Origin: Takakia lepidozioides
Lineage: Eukaryota; Plantae; Bryophyta
Assembly (NCBI GenBank): GCA_030704615.1
Contig: CM060734.1
Location: 59,334,001-59,398,000 of the forward strand
Length of the DNA stretch: 64,000 bases
Reading direction: 5' to 3'
Positions 1 to 11,241 of this stretch are shown here, piece after piece; within the stretch, counting starts at the first letter, position 1; each line of letters starts with the position of its first letter. The position numbers and the translations under genes were made by a program. Under the pieces are notes generated by a model, which ran no database searches, had not been told where the DNA came from, and saw nothing but the letters and a program-made list of their open reading frames with translations.

Positions 1-44
1 TATTTCCTAGCTAGTTTCACACTAGTGGTAAAATAACTTGACAG
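1..44 (-). repeat. Direct repeat of the element 5' end (part of a 3' LTR or the start of a tandem copy); runs off the window
   Basis: 1-44 is identical to 11199-11242 (tatttcctagctagtttcacactagtggtaaaataacttgacag). Confidence 0.9.
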
Positions 45-45
45 C

Positions 46-246
46 TGTCATGCGCATACATATCGCTACACAACTACATCGCTGTCCAAAACCACACAAC
101 ACATGTGCACACCACACACTAGTATACCACTAGTCCACCACTAGTCCAACCACTAGTCCAACCACTAGGCTACAACTAGTCAGTCACTAGGCTGCCACTA
201 TGCTGCCCACTATGGCAGTCACTAGTCCACACAATCGCCCCCCTAG
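46..246 (-). other. Polypurine tract followed by a TG-starting U3-like segment
   Basis: Minus strand reads AGGGGGGCG-AT-TGTGTGG (PPT 244-236, TG at 233). The segment contains several CCACTAGT repeats and ends CATGACA at 46. Confidence 0.6.
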
Positions 247-493
247 CTGGTGCATAGGTCCCTCTAAGTCCAGGTAGCCACAAGATATGATAGTGACCAT
301 AGCCTCACTAAGTCCTCCACCACTATCCCTACTACACTCAAACTCGATAGATCAAGAGGCCGGGTGCAAGAGTTGCCCCATCGTTAGTCGTCATCTTGCA
401 ACCTGTGAACTTGAGCTTGGGATCTCATGTATTGACTCCTATGAGCTTGGCCTACCATGTCTTGTTAGCTGCCTCCAGTCATGTCCACTGCCA

Positions 494-2072
494 CTATCCC
501 AAGCAGTGTGGACACAACCAATCTCCGTCAGGAACCTTCTCAAGAGGTGGTGTCAAGCATCCCATATGCCAACCCCTTGAGCATCGATCACACACCAGCA
601 TGGTGGCTGCCCCTTTGGCAGACCCACAGAGCATGCACCTCAAACCTGCAAGTACCACTGCCAAGTTTGGGTCAACTCTGCCATCGACATTGGGAAGGTG
701 ACATGACGCACAATTACGCACATGGTCCTTCCAAGTCATGCCATCCGGACCCTCTAAGATCAGGACCCCTGAGGGCAACACCTCTCGAACCCTCAGAATA
801 ACACGCCCTGCAGTAACATCCAGAGTCGTAGGAGCAGTCTGCTGCAAATAAACATAGTCACCAGGGCTAAACCTCCGAACCCCAGGACGATATCCTCCAC
901 CACGTATAGTGGCATACCTCAATGTATCACGGTGCTGTGCAATGGCAAGGTTCTCAAAAGCCATGGGCATGACTTTCTTGAACAACTCTGCACGCTGATC
1001 ACATGCACGTACCCACACGTCCGGATCGTCAAGGTTAAGGACTTGAGCAGTGTCCCTACGAATGGCTGCAGGCAAATCCGGCTCTCGGCCAAAGAGAAGG
1101 AAATATGGTGAGAAGGAGGCAAGTGATGCTTGTTTGCTGAACCTGTAGCCCATGGCTAACCAAGGAACCTGAAGATCCCAATCTCCTAGGTGTCCTTTCT
1201 GCAAGCCATACTTGCGCAAACCCCTCTTCACCGTCTGAACAACTCTCTCTGCTAAGCCATCGGCCTCAGGATGATCCCGAGAAGTGGTGCGGTGGTCTAT
1301 CAAGGCTTTATCACACAAAGCCTGAAACTCCCCCAAAAACTCTCTCCCTTGGTCCGTGAGTACCTCAGCTGGAGCACCAAATCGGCTAAGCACACGATCC
1401 AAGAATGCATACGCAGCCCCCTCACTAGCTTGTCAGGCAATGGAACCAACTCAATCCACTTGGAGAAGTGTTCCACCATCACCAACACATATCTGTGGTG
1501 GCGCATAGTCAGTGGCAACGGTCCTGCGAAGTCAAGACTCCACTTGTAGCCCAATCCCATGATTGGTAAAGGATGCAACTGTGGTGTAGGGGCGTTGAAT
1601 GAAGCACGCACCCTGTCACACACCATGCACCTAGCCACGAACTGTTGCACCTCTGTATACATACCACGCCACCAATACTGCCCCTGCAGTAAACTGTGAG
1701 TGCGTCGCACTCCAAAATGCCCCAACTCCTCATGGGCATGCCGCACTAACCGTGCACGTGTGTGGGGTGAGGCACAATCCTCACCCGACCATCCTCCCAC
1801 ACTCGAAGTAGGTGTATCCCCTCCCACTTGAACCTCTTGGCTCGTTGCAGGATCCGATCCCTCTCCCTGGCAGTCACAATGGCTGTCGTGTCTCCCGTGC
1901 GGAGGTAGTCCAACACAGCCGAATCCTCATGTATATCTCTGGCACCACCTAGCTCATCACTAGCCTCAGGGTCCTCAGACACTCCGTCTACAGTCATCCC
2001 TGTTGTAGGTCCAATCTGACCTCCCGATGCCAAGATACACAAAAATGCAGATGCGTGCCATCCCGGCACCAT
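494..2072 (-). pseudogene. Gypsy integrase (H2C2 zinc domain, DDE core, SH3-like region) with a C-terminal PHD finger; frameshifted
   Basis: HEELGHFG...CMVC; LDFAGP; LTDQGREF; DGLAERVV; FSPGDYVYL; C-terminal CMLC...CDRC..GWHMGC...WLCPHC (C4HC3 PHD). Confidence 0.92.
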
Positions 2073-2109
2073 CTCCTCGTCCGTCTCACCATGCCACCGA
2101 GCTCCAGTG

Positions 2110-3536
2110 TCAGCTCATGCATGGATTGCGACTCAATCCATCCGCATCCCGATTGACCAAACCCGGTCGATGCACAACCTGAAAGTCATACTCCTGGAGT
2201 ATAAGTGCCCACCGTGCAAGCTTCCCCGTAAGCTTGTCTGACTCCATCAACCACTTGAGTGGCTGGTGATCCGTGACAAGGGTGAAAAGATTGCATATAG
2301 ATAGCACCTGAAGTGTGCCACGGCCCACACTGCAGCTAAGCACTCTCCCTCATATGAGCTGTACTTAGCCTCTGCAGCGTTGTTCGAGCGGCTAGCGTAA
2401 GCCACTACGAACTCTCTTCCCTCATCATCCACCTGTGTGAGCACCGCTCCAAGCCCCAGCATGCTCCAATCCGTATGCAGCTGAAAGGGACGCCCCCTGA
2501 TAGGTCGTCTCAAGATAGGCGCCGAGGTCAACCTCGCCTTGAGCTCTTGAAAAGCTCGTTCCTGCTCATCTTCCCACTGCCACTCCTGGTCCACCTTGGT
2601 CAGCTTGGTTAGAGCCTTTGCAATGGTACTAAATCCCTTGACAAACCGTCTATAATAGTTTGCCAACCCCATGAAAGCTCGAACTCGGCTCACATCCGTG
2701 GGGCGTGGAATTTGTGCAATGGCCTCTACCTTAGTCTGCTGTACCCCCAATCCTCCAGGATATATCATGTGACCCAGATACTCAATCTGGTTGTGGAAAA
2801 ACTTGCACTTCCCCGGATGCAACTTCAATCCGTGCGCTCTCAAGCGCTCCAATACCACCTGAAGGTGTCTCTCATGCTCCTCCATCGTAACACTAAAGAT
2901 ATTCTTAAGCCCAAATGGTAAGAACCGCCACTGATATAGGCAATCCTTGCCGTGCTCATTGATCCCCCAGAATGCCGTCTTCTGCTTGTCCGCCTCCTTG
3001 ATTGGCAACTGGTGATATCCGGATCGTAAATCCAAAGTGCTAAAGGCCTTAGCATGCCCGATGGCATCAAAGATCTCCTCTGGTGTTGGCATGGCATACT
3101 TATCGGACTTGGTCTGACGATTTACAGGCCGGTAATCACCGCACATACGTCTCTCCGTCCAATTGCCATAGACATCCTTCTTGGCTGGCATCACTGTGGC
3201 TGAAGCATACTCTCCACCAGAGAGCTCCACCAAACCTGCCTCCCAGAGATCTTGAGTCCTCATCTGAATCAAAGACCTCTCCATGTCACTGTATCTATAG
3301 GGTCTCCGAAAGATTGGCGTGTCAGTGGCCAACTCAATACGGATCTCTTGACCCTTCAGTGCTCCCAAGTCCTTCAAACTGAAGGCAAAGCAATTCCTGT
3401 AAGCCCTCAGGAACCGCCGTATACGTCGTCTCTCTCCTCCGGTGACAATGGGTCCAATGTCAGGCTCCCAATTGTCCTCCGTAACTGCAACCTTAAGTCC
3501 AGTGGGCTTAGAGGTAGAGGACGCGTCCAGTGGTTG
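2110..3536 (-). pseudogene. Gypsy reverse transcriptase plus RNase H; YxDD segment deleted
   Basis: RMCGDYRPVN, LDLRSGYHQ, and PFGLKN joined directly to IFSVTMEEH with no YxDD. RNase H motifs LHTDWS, EGECLAAVWA, TDHQPLKWL, NRDADGLSR. Confidence 0.92.
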
Positions 3537-4835
3537 CTATGTTGCAACCTCTTGAGCAGTACTCCCTGCCTGCTCAGTCAATGACAAGGCCTCATCCTGC
3601 CCCATCATCTCATCCTTGAGGACCTCCTCAACCCGAGAAGAATCCCCAACCTCATCCATCACAGCCGCCTTGGCTGCCAACTCCCTCTGAACCTCGAGCA
3701 CCTCCCACGTGTGCCATGGATGCATGCACCCCGTGGTCCTCACATGCTCGCCCCCACTCACTGCCTGTACCGTCTCGGTAGGCAGAGAGACCATTGAGGG
3801 AAGTGTACTCCGCACTCTGCGTTGCTCAGCCAGAGCCAAGCTGATAATCCAGGTCAAGCAATTGAGATCCATTGCTTGCCCCAACACTTGACGACGTGAT
3901 GCCTCAGAAAGAGACGACACCGCCGTGGTACCAGTGGTAAAACCCATTGCCCGCTCACGCTCGTCAGCATTAGGCTCCACTAACTGCTGCAACTGAGCAT
4001 CCCACAGGAGGCCAGGTCCACTATCCCGGAAAGCATGCGATCCTGGGAAGCTGAGCAGTGTAGGTAATGCTGCTCGTGGTTGACCCACCTTGTTGACCAC
4101 TGCCAAAGGCGAACGGTCATCGTGTCTCACACGCTGAGACTGCCTCCCTGTGTCCAGAATGTTATCCACTGTGAGATGTGCTGGCCGCTGCACCCCATCA
4201 AATGCACGCTTGAGCAGTGCGGGTGGCATCAAGTTAGTCCACCATAGCCGTGGACGATGAGCCCGTGACCCCACTGTAGCTGCATCTAGCAACACTGCTG
4301 ACCCAAGCCACGACCGGACTTGATGCACACTGGCCATCACCCTGGCCCGAGAATCGCCCATCAGTGGCACATTCTCCAAGATGTATGCTGGAGATACAGC
4401 TTGATGAAGCTGCAAGTGGCGCAAAACCCGCACCATCTCCCAAAACAGACCCGACCTCGAGTCTCGCAATCCATTGCCATGCCCGGCTGATGAATGCCCT
4501 TGGCAGGGCCAACCTGCCACTACCAGATCAATGGAGCCAACCCGCTCCAAATCCTGCGCCCCCAGCAACGAAATGTCTGCTGGCAAGGCCTGCTGATATC
4601 CACGAATTGCAGACACCGACAACAACTCAGGGTACCGCTGCACCAACTGAGCAACATGGCGAAGTGAAACGCGTCGTGCAGTCTCATCCCTCTCCACATA
4701 CAGGTAACGCCGAACTCGTACACCTGCCTGTAACACAGCAGCCAATCCGGTGCTGATCCCGCCAAACAAGTCCAGAAGACAAATGCCTTCATCCGGATAC
4801 TGCCACACAATAGGTGTGGTGTCCAATGGAGACAA
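3537..4835 (-). CDS. DNMT3-like C5 cytosine DNA methyltransferase domain within pol
   Basis: Motif I LDLFGGISTG, motif II E (YVERD), IV AGWPCQ, VI ILENV, VIII DAATVGSRAHRPRLWWTNL, IX ERERAMGF, X RRQVLGQAM. Same frame as RT, separated only by one TAG at 3539-3537. Confidence 0.92.
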   Translation of the reverse strand: MSPLDTTPIVWQYPDEGICLLDLFGGISTGLAAVLQAGVRVRRYLYVERDETARRVSLRHVAQLVQRYPELLSVSAIRGYQQALPADISLLGAQDLERVGSIDLVVAGWPCQGHSSAGHGNGLRDSRSGLFWEMVRVLRHLQLHQAVSPAYILENVPLMGDSRARVMASVHQVRSWLGSAVLLDAATVGSRAHRPRLWWTNLMPPALLKRAFDGVQRPAHLTVDNILDTGRQSQRVRHDDRSPLAVVNKVGQPRAALPTLLSFPGSHAFRDSGPGLLWDAQLQQLVEPNADERERAMGFTTGTTAVSSLSEASRRQVLGQAMDLNCLTWIISLALAEQRRVRSTLPSMVSLPTETVQAVSGGEHVRTTGCMHPWHTWEVLEVQRELAAKAAVMDEVGDSSRVEEVLKDEMMGQDEALSLTEQAGSTAQEVAT

Positions 4836-6292
4836 TGAGGTGGTCCTGGTGCAATCCCCACACTCTCCTCCTCTCCTGACGGTACAAAAGCCTCCACCCA
4901 GGCTTGTTGCACCCGTCGATCAGCATCCCGCTGCAAATCCTTGCTCGTGCCCCACAATGGAGTCTGAGCAACCATGGTAGGCAACTCCGCCATACCATAC
5001 ATGTCATCCTGCTCTCCCGGAGGTGGTACATCCTCTGAATGAGCATTGCCCTCAAGCAACTCTCTAGGCCAACTCACTGCCGCTGTGAATGCTGCTAGTG
5101 TCGGCATCTTGCCTCGCTGGGCAACCGCAACTCCTCCTATGAACGTCACAGGGAGCTGCACACGCCGGCCCTCCCCTGACTGCCATGCAGGCCTATAGGA
5201 AGCTGACTCCTCCCAAAAATCCAGGGTGAAGCCCATGGGGTACAACACTGCCCCACCAACCAGGACATCGTATGAGACTGCGTCTGTCACAATGGCCTTG
5301 GCTCGCATCACTGAGCCATCTGTAGGGTGATCCGGCCGTAGTCTGATAGCCAACTCACGCCGTGTCATGCCCCGAGCCTGCTCCGATCCTCCCAGAGACG
5401 TCTGTATCTGGAAAGGACAAGGCTCCATATCCGCCTCCGTGAGGCCCAAGCCTGCAATAGCAGCTCTGCCCAGCATCAATGGCTGAGCTCCCGAGTCCAA
5501 CAAGACCCGCAGTGGCCGGTACCTCTTGCCTGCCGGTCCACTCAAACAGAAAATGCCATCCTGGTTGTCTAACATGACAACTCCAGGTGTCACCATGGCG
5601 CGCTCAATGGCTGGCCTAGCTGGCAGCTCCATCAACCTGGCAGCTGCAGCTTGCCATGGCGCCGCCGTGGCAGTCTTGACCCTCAAATCCGAGGATCCCT
5701 CCGGCACTACACCTCCCACTATCTCCGCAGAAGATGAAGTAACCTCCCCACTCTCACAGAGTGTAGCTGCCAGCCTGAACACCTCAGCTGGTCTTACCCC
5801 CGGCGTCGCAATCATGGTAGCCGAGAACAATGGAGCCTGGCACACAGATGTGGCCGCTCCTAGCAGCACACTAGCTGCCGTAGCCTTGGCAACACTAGGT
5901 AGTGGTGCTACCCGTGTAGCTCTCCCCAATGGCATAGTAACCTCCGCCTCGGTAACAGTCGGGCGAGAACTAGGTGCCATGGATGGCGTCGACACTGTCT
6001 CCGCCAATGTGAATGACTGAGGAAGCCTAGCCTGACGGCTTGCCTCCCCACGCTGTGGATCCAACTCCACCTCTGCACCTCGTGGCTCAGGAACTCGTGC
6101 TGCTCCTCGAGTCACGGCTGCAGCAGACTCCACCTGCACTAGTGGTAGTGCTGCTCCACACATGAATCCCATGCCTCCCATATCTCCTCCCTCAGGAGCA
6201 GGAGGTGGACCATCCGGCCTTAGAGCCGGTACCACCTGAGCTGTAGCCATGGCAGCGAGCCTCTGCTCTAGCTGCTGAAGCCGGTTGGCCAT
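4836..6292 (-). CDS. Gag-pol linker plus retropepsin aspartic protease (frameshift to the MTase near 4840)
   Basis: VLLDSGAQP active-site motif and the downstream YDVLVGG motif. Confidence 0.85.
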
Positions 6293-7699
6293 GCCTTGGT
6301 CAACACCCTGACCTCCGCGTCCTTGGCCACGTTGAGCTTGCCCTTGGCTGCACCTCGTGGCTGGCCACCTCGTCCTCTCTGGGCTGCTCCACCTCGCCCC
6401 CGGCCACCATTGTTCCCTTGGAACTGGCCTGGGCGCAACTCAGGATGCAAACCATAACACTGGGCCTCTCCATGCCCGTGCTTGCCACAATGCCCACACT
6501 GCAACTGTGCAGGCTGTGCATGTGCGGCCCTTTGCCTCCCTCTGGGCAATCCTTCTTGACATGGGGTCCTCCACATGTCCAGCACACCACATCCGCCCGT
6601 TGTTGGCCAGCAAATGAAGGGAGAGACCCCTGCATCTGAGGTCCTCTCTGCCCTTCCCTGAGCTTCACCTGAGCCCCCTTGTTGCCTTGAGCACGTTGAG
6701 GTAGTGGTTGGCTAGGAGCACCACTACCCCGTGGTGTCTCCTTAGCAAATCCCACCATGACCACTCGTTCCTCCACCATGTTGAGCTCTATCCGCTCTGC
6801 CAGCAAAAACACATTTGCTAAGGTGGGTTGGGCCGCTTGTAGGAGAGTTGCATCCCGCACCCTTCTCCTCAGCTCCTTGTCCAATATCCCATACCAGAAT
6901 TGGACTGCCTGAGCTTCCGTAACCCCTTGGGTTACATTTATCAAGCGCCTCATGCGAGTGAAAGCCTCCCTCAAGCTCTCGGTCGGCTTCCGTTGGAACT
7001 CTTGCAAGCTCCGCAACTTCTCTGTCCTCACCCCTTGGTAGTTCCCTCTCAACTCTTCGAAGAACTCCACAACAGGGTTGAAGGCAGGCACGGGTGCTAG
7101 TGCTGGTGCGGTAGTGGCTTGGGTGGACGTCGTAGCTACTGTACCACCAGTCCACTAGTTCCACTGCTGCTTGCTGAAGCTGCCGGTGCAGCGGCAGGTG
7201 TAGCCACTGCCCTCGTGGCTCTAGTGCCCCTAGTGATGGACCAGTACATCCTCCACTCCTCGATCTCAACCTCATGCCCCCGCCTGAACTCATGGTAATC
7301 ATCCATAGGCGGCCCCTCAAGGTGCTGAAACAGCCCTTTCCATGCCATGAACGGCGTAAATAGTTGTGGATTGCGCATTTGCTGCAAATCACACCAACTA
7401 TCAAACTCTTGGATAAAATCATCCAACTCGATGGTGCCCACCGCCCCAGAGTACCTTCGTGGCCCCTTGGTAGCTCCATACATCTCCTCCATTGTGTCCC
7501 ACAACAATGGCAAAGAAACAACTTGCACCGCCGGTATGAGTCCTCCTGATTCACAATCCGAATCAGAACCTTCCGTAGAAGACACAGGAGGTGAAGGTGG
7601 CCTAAACCGCACACCTCGTCTCGTGTACCCACTAGTATCGCTAGTGCTCGAACCGGCACTGTCCCCAGCAACTAGTGGCACCTCCGTGTTGACACTCAA
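6268..7699 (-). pseudogene. Gag (capsid-like region plus two CCHC zinc knuckles), frameshifted
   Basis: RRYSGAVGTIELDDFIQEFDSW; FQRKPTESLREAFTRM (MHR-like); CWTCGGPHVKKDC and CGHCGKHGHGEAQC. Confidence 0.85.
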
Positions 7700-8429
7700 C
7701 CGGTCATGAACATGTCCCTAACCCCCTCTCCACAAGGTAACCGGGTAGAGAACCTGTTGCGGCTTATGGTTTGGAATACTAAGTTCCTAACATAGCCTAC
7801 ACCTGTACCTGCATCCACCGCAAGCACTCCTATGGTTGGCTGGTCATCACCTCCAACCTCACCACAGGAGAAACAATGATGGTCTGGCTGGTCATCACCC
7901 CAGCCTCACCATCGACAGCATGCTCTAGGACTGGCCGGTGATCAAATCCGGACCAATCACCTATAAAAACAAGCGCCCACACAAAACTAGCATGGCGCAC
8001 AGTCAAGCATGCAGGTATGGAGGGGATCCAAACACAAGAAATCAGAACGACAACTCCCCCACACCAAAAACAACTCCACGGTGTTGCTCCTGCAAGGACA
8101 CCCCAGCCCAAACCCGGACTGACTCTTGCCTCCACCTACGGAAAGGTCTTGGCCTAATGAGAGGGTGGAAACTACGAGGAAGAGAAGCTAAAGCAATGCC
8201 TAACCCCAGCATGCCCTCATCCCAACACTCTTCCTCTCCTCTCTTCCCTCACTTGCATGACCATGGGAATATCATGAAGATACTCCTCAAACCGCCCTCC
8301 ACGAGCTTCAAAATTCGGCCTTCAAGACCACATGCCAGTCCTTAGGCAGTCCACCAGTGCCTCCACGAGTCAGCACAGGCCGTCCACAGGTCAACACGGG
8401 CCACCACAGACCAGCACAGGCCCACACAG

Positions 8430-9400
8430 CTCACTGGTCACAGCCGTCACAGTCCCACAGGCCACAGGCCACAGCCTGTCACAGCCCCTCATAGCCTGTC
8501 ACAGCTCGCCACAGCCTGTCACAGCTCGCCACAGCCTGTCACAGCCCGTCACAGCCCCACACAGCCTGTCACAGCCCCGCACAGCTCGTCACAACCCACA
8601 GGCCACTGGTCACAGCCTGTCACAGCCCCTCACAGCCCCAAAGGCCACGGGCACAGCCTGTCACAGCCCCTCACAGCCCGTCACAGCCCCACAGGCTCAG
8701 GCACGGCCTGACACAGCCCCTCACAGCCCCTCACAGCCCCAAAGGCCTCAGGCACGGCCTGTCACAGCCCCTCACAGCCCGTCACAGCCCCAAAGGCCTC
8801 AGGCACGGCCTGTCACAGCCCCTCACAGCCCGTCACAGCCCCAAAGGCCTCAGGCACGGCCTGACACAGCCCCTAACAGCCCTCACAGCCCCAAAGGCCT
8901 CAGGCACGGCCTGTCACAGCCCTCACAACCCCAAAGGCCACGGGCACAGCCTGTCACAGCCCCTCACAGCCCATCACAGCCCAAAGGCCATGGGCACAGC
9001 CTGTCACAGCCCCTCACAGCCCGTCACAGCCCCACAGGCCACTGGGCACACCTGTCACAGCCCGCACAGCCCGACACAGCCCCACAGGCCATGGGCACAG
9101 CAGTCACAGCCCGCACAGCCTGTCACAGCTAGCACAGCCTGTCACAGCCCCACAGGCACAGGGCACAGCCTGTCACAGCCCGTACAGCCCGTCACAGCCC
9201 CACAGGCCACTGGGCACAGCCTGTCACAGCCCCTCACAGCCCAAAGGCCACTGGGCACGCCTGTCACAGCCCCTCACAGCCGTCACAGCCCCAAAGGCCT
9301 CAGGCACGGCCTGTCACAGCCGTCACAGCCCGTCACAGCCCCATAGGCCACAGGGCACAGCTTGTCACAGCCCATCACAGCCCCACAGGCCACTCATGAC
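8430..9400. repeat. About 1 kb array of 10-bp units (nnTCACAGCC) with a ~51-bp higher-order period, in the retroelement leader
   Basis: For example ctgtcacagc ccctcacagc ccgtcacagc cccaaaggcc tcaggcacgg c repeated. About 19 CCTGTCA cores by manual count. Confidence 0.95.
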
Positions 9401-11042
9401 AGTTTAGCCATTTCTCCAAGGGGTTTAGCCACGCCAAGCTAGGGTTTTGTGTCTCTTGGACTCTAGGCTTCTTTCCACCGAGCTATGGTGGCTGTGAGGA
9501 AATCAGCAAGGTATTCTTGCTCTTTCGGCTCCCACACACCACCATAGTAGCCCTAAGCCATGAGGTGGTTGCCACAAACCAAGCCTTCTTTCTCACTTAG
9601 CCTCCCCAAACACGCCACTAAACTCAATGGCAAACAACCAAGCCCTGCTGGTTCCCAGCCCTTGTGAGCACTCATTCAAGCACTCTCCTTGGCCATAGCA
9701 TCTGTCTTAGAGCCTATTCCAGCCCCCTACACCTGCTGCTTCAAGAGTTGCGCTCCCTTCAAGCTTGAAGTTGAAACCCCAACTCACATAGGCCCTACAA
9801 GTGCTTTTCTTTCACTCCAAGTGGAAACCAGCCCTAGACCTTCCGTTCTAGCTCTCTAAAGCTTGAAAACAAGAGCCTCAATGGGCTGAAGGCATGCTCC
9901 ACACATGCCCCACTCTCACCATAAGAGAATCAGCTCCTTTGCTTCATTTCTTGCACCCACAAACCTGAAAAATACAAGCTTCAGCAGGCTGAAAGCATGC
10001 TCCACATGCCCTACAGGGAAACCAGCCCCTTCCTTCCTTTCTTGCACTCCCACACCTGAAAGTGCAAGCCTTCACCAGGCTGATAGCATGCTCCACACAT
10101 GCATTGCCTCACATAAGGGAAGTCAGCCCTTCCCTCTTCCTTGCTTGCCCTCCAAGCTTGAAGATGGAAGCTTCAATGAGCTGAATACATGCTCCACACA
10201 TGCAACCTCTTCACACAAGAGATATCAGCCCCCTATCTTGGCTCCTTGGCTCCTTGATGCTCTCTAAGACAAGACTAAGCACTCCACAGCCTTTGCCAAG
10301 CTCCTGAAACCCTAAGGCTTACATTTCCAGCCACAAGACACTTCTCTTGTGGTGCAAGAGCTCTTCTTCCAAGCTCTGAAACCCTAGGTGCACATTCCAT
10401 GGCCTTGCCGCACCTCTTAGCTCCTGTTCCAGCCCTGCTCTTGCCATGACAAGAGCCCTCTCAATGCTGAAGCTCGAGATTGAAACCCAATCTCACCATA
10501 CTCCACAAAGTGCACTGATTTGCCCCAAGCCAAATCAGCCCTTTCGCTTGGTCTTGCAATCCTTCACACAATGAAAGCTCGCATTCCCAAGTCCAGTTCT
10601 CAGCTTTGCCACCAAAGCCACTATAACCTGCTCTTGACTGGTCCTCTTCCCAATCGTGCTTGCTCATGCATGTACACAATCTGAAACCATCAAGGTGCTC
10701 TGGAATTACCTGCAGCATGGTGCTTTCATCTCTGAAGCTGAAGATCGAATGCCAAGGTCTACCACCTCGTAACCCACATCGCCTCCGCTTCTAACAACCA
10801 AGAGCTCCACGGTGCTCCTTGCATAACAACTTGGTTTCTCTCATTCTCAAGCAAAAACCACAAGTGCTACAACTAACTCGTATCTGGCACTCACAGATAC
10901 GAGCTCATCTTTCTCGAGTGATAAAGAAGAAGAATACAAGCACAAGCTCATGCGAGCTCACAAAGCTGAAGCATAAACTCATGCATATATAACCTCATCA
11001 CTCAAATACAAGTCAAGCCAAGTGCACCCCACGCCATGGGGA

Positions 11043-11060
11043 ATCCACACTACGGCGCCA
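11043..11060 (-). other. Candidate primer-binding site
   Basis: Minus strand TGGCGCCGTAG...; the first 9 nt match tRNA-Asp-type PBS TGGCGCCGT. It is not immediately preceded by CA. Confidence 0.4.
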
Positions 11061-11241
11061 TAGCTAGGCGCGGTGAGGCTCAACTCGAGAAAGATCTCCC
11101 GCGCTTGCCGTGAAGATAACCACTCCAGGGCCTAAATCTGCCTTGACCCCTGGATTGACACTTGGGCCAATCCCAAATGTCAATATGTAAAAGCTAGCTA
11201 TTTCCTAGCTAGTTTCACACTAGTGGTAAAATAACTTGACA

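Larger units (their letters stand above)
46..11241 (-). mobile_element. Ty3/gypsy-type retrotransposon carrying a DNMT3-like C5 methyltransferase and a PHD finger (defective copy)
   Basis: Minus-strand order gag(CCHC)-PR(LDSGA)-MTase-RT-RH-INT-PHD. 5' end TGTCAAG at 11241, PPT-like tract at 236-244, terminal sequence repeated at 1-44. Several frameshifts and stops. The left boundary is uncertain (46, or outside the window). Confidence 0.9.

Noticed and set aside
3537-4835. Bacterial restriction-modification MTase or contamination
   Set aside because: In frame with gypsy RT, DNMT3-type motifs, no restriction enzyme, and flanked by intron-containing plant genes.
8332-9346. Pro/Gln/His-rich ORFs (266 and 118 aa)
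   Set aside because: By-products of the stop-poor 10-bp array, antisense to the element.
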